From contig NC_069004.1 in the NCBI RefSeq assembly GCF_001194135.2, forward strand, positions 35,945,703-35,996,840: a stretch of DNA of 51,138 bases, written 5' to 3'. Under the pieces are notes generated by a model. It was not told the origin of the DNA and ran no database searches. It was given only the letters and a program-made list of their open reading frames with translations. This document shows, piece after piece, positions 49,061-51,138 of the stretch (its first letter is position 1; each line of letters starts with the position of its first letter). This stretch comes from Octopus bimaculoides. Taxonomy: Eukaryota. The position numbers were made by a program, and so were the translations under genes.

Positions 49061-50871
49061 AGCACATACACACCCCCACCTCTCCTTTGCATCCCTGTAT
49101 CGCCCCTAACTCTTATGGCCTCTTGCCCATCCATCCTTCATCCCTACCCATTTCCTCATTTTCCTTTCCATACAATTTTGCAAACCATTTCTTGTGCCTT
49201 GTGGGGTCACTTAGGCCCCTTATCATCATTATCTATCTCCTGCAGCTCTGACTATTCATTTTCTCTTTTTCTCTCATTTGTCCCTTATTAGATGTGAACA
49301 GCCCTTCAGATCTACAAGAACCTGCACTGCCCCCCCCTCTTCCACACCTAATCTCCATAGTTCTACTCCTTGCTCCCCAAGCTGACTCTCCTCCCCAGGA
49401 TTTGTAGTTCTGTGAGTTGCATGGTGACCTCAATAGTGTAGATGGCTTGAAAAAAGCCACCAAGTCCACTCTGTAAAGGGGTTGGCATTCGGAAGGGCAT
49501 CCAGTCATAGAAACCATGCATAAATAAACATGGGTGATGATGCTGTCCGTGGGCCCAATGGAGCCTGTCAAAGCATTCTACCCATATATCAGCATGGAAG
49601 ACAGACGTTAAAGATGATGATGATGATGATGAATTCATTTGTGGATGTGTGGTTGAGAAATTCATTTCCCATCTATGGAGTTTTGAGTCTAGTTCCACAG
49701 TGCAACATCTAGGGGAAGTGTTTTGCATGTGTGTGTCTATGTCTCAACATCAAACAATGTTCATAAATGAGTGTCACCAGATTATAGAAAAGCATCCATT
49801 TGGAATCTTCCAGTTGAGGGCAAGTGTTATCTTGCTTGGAAATAGATGAGGATGATGACAGGAAGGGCACCCACCTCTACACAATGATGGTGATGATAAT
49901 ATAATCTATTTATCTGTCTGTGTGTCTGTCCACATGTGTATGTATGTATGTATGTATCTGTCTATCAATGATATATATGTATATACATTTGTATTTATGT
50001 TTATAAATTGATATATATTTACATATATATATANNNNNNNNNNNNNNNNNNNNNNNNNNNNNNNNNNNNNNNNNNNNNNNNNNNNNNNNNNNNNNNNNNN
50101 NNNNNNNNNNNNNNNNNNNNNNNNNNNNNNNNNNNNNNNNNNNNNNNNNNNNNNNNNNNNNNNNNNNNNNNNNNNNNNNNNNNNNNNNNNNNNNNNNNNN
50201 NNNNNNNNNNNNNNNNNNNNNNNNNNNNNNNNNNNNNNNNNNNNNNNNNNNNNNNNNNNNNNNNNNNNNNNNNNNNNNNNNNNNNNNNNNNNNNNNNNNN
50301 NNNNNNNNNNNNNNNNNNNNNNNNNNNNNNNNNNNNNNNNNNNNNNNNNNNNNNNNNNNNNNNNNNNNNNNNNNNNNNNNNNNNNNNNNNNNNNNNNNNN
50401 NNNNNNNNNNNNNNNNNNNNNNNNNNNNNNNNNNNNNNNNNNNNNNNNNNNNNNNNNNNNNNNNNNNNNNNNNNNNNNNNNNNNNNNNNNNNNNNNNNNN
50501 NNNNNNNNNNNNNNNNNNNNNNNNNNNNNNNNNNNNNNNNNNNNNNNNNNNNNNNNNNNNNNNNNNNNNNNNNNNNNNNNNNNNNNNNNNNNNNNNNNNN
50601 NNNNNNNNNNNNNNNNNNNNNNNNNNNNNGGCAGGTGAAGAAGGAGCATGTAAGAGGGTGAGGTGAGATGGGGTGGGAGACAGAAGGAGTTAAACAGGGA
50701 GTGAGGGAAAGTAAAGACGGGGGCAGGGGGGCGAAATTAAGGGTCAAAAATAGGGAATAGATGAGGTATAGGTGGATATTGTGTGAGGATTGGGGAGACA
50801 CAGACATGAGAAGAGGGAAAGAAAAATGTTATGGTTTGAAGAAGTGAGGTGAAAATGCTGGACCAATATAT

Positions 50872-51095
50872 ATCGATGAAAATCCACTATCACATATAGA
50901 AAAATTAATAATTAAAAGCACAATAAATGAGTATAATATAAAGTAAAGTAAATATCATAAGATAAATATAATATAATATAATATAATATAATATATAATA
51001 TAATATAATATAATATAATATAATATAATATTATACTCATTTATTGTGCTTTTAATTATTAATTTTTCTATATGTGATAGTGGATTTTCATCGAT
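50872..51095. repeat. Perfect 67-bp inverted repeat around a (TAATA)n spacer
   Basis: 50872-50938 is the exact reverse complement of 51029-51095; the 90-nt spacer is mostly TAATA pentamers. Confidence 0.92.
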
Positions 51096-51138
51096 GAGTT
51101 CTTGAAAATTGGTTATTTTCCCTAAAACTATATATTAT

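Overview
Eukaryotic (animal) genomic DNA: AT-rich, dense in (TA)n/(CA)n/(GA)n microsatellites, with many N gaps. The repeat landscape suggests a coleoid cephalopod, probably Octopus (inference). One protein-coding gene dominates, on the minus strand: a ZSWIM4/5/6-family SWIM zinc-finger protein, a putative Elongin BC/cullin substrate adaptor. I reconstructed 17 coding exons by hand, all GT-AG and phase-consistent, from ATG 43465 to stop 5763 (3615 nt, 1204 aa + stop), with a 21.6 kb first intron. The rest is transposon debris: Tc1/mariner fossils and MITEs, RTE and CR1/L2-like LINE fragments, several tRNA-derived SINE families and foldback elements. No CRISPR, rRNA or intact tRNA gene was seen. 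Most interesting non-genic signals: (i) a tRNA-headed SINE whose tail carries a minimal type I hammerhead-ribozyme-like core; (ii) a tandemly repeated compact H-type pseudoknot in the RTE 3' UTR; (iii) a long foldback around a second decayed hammerhead-like core. Gene-level oddities: two consecutive stop-free 3n introns, overlapping upstream ATGs, and an apparent CpG-retention boundary inside intron 1. All family assignments come from motif recognition by eye, not database searches.
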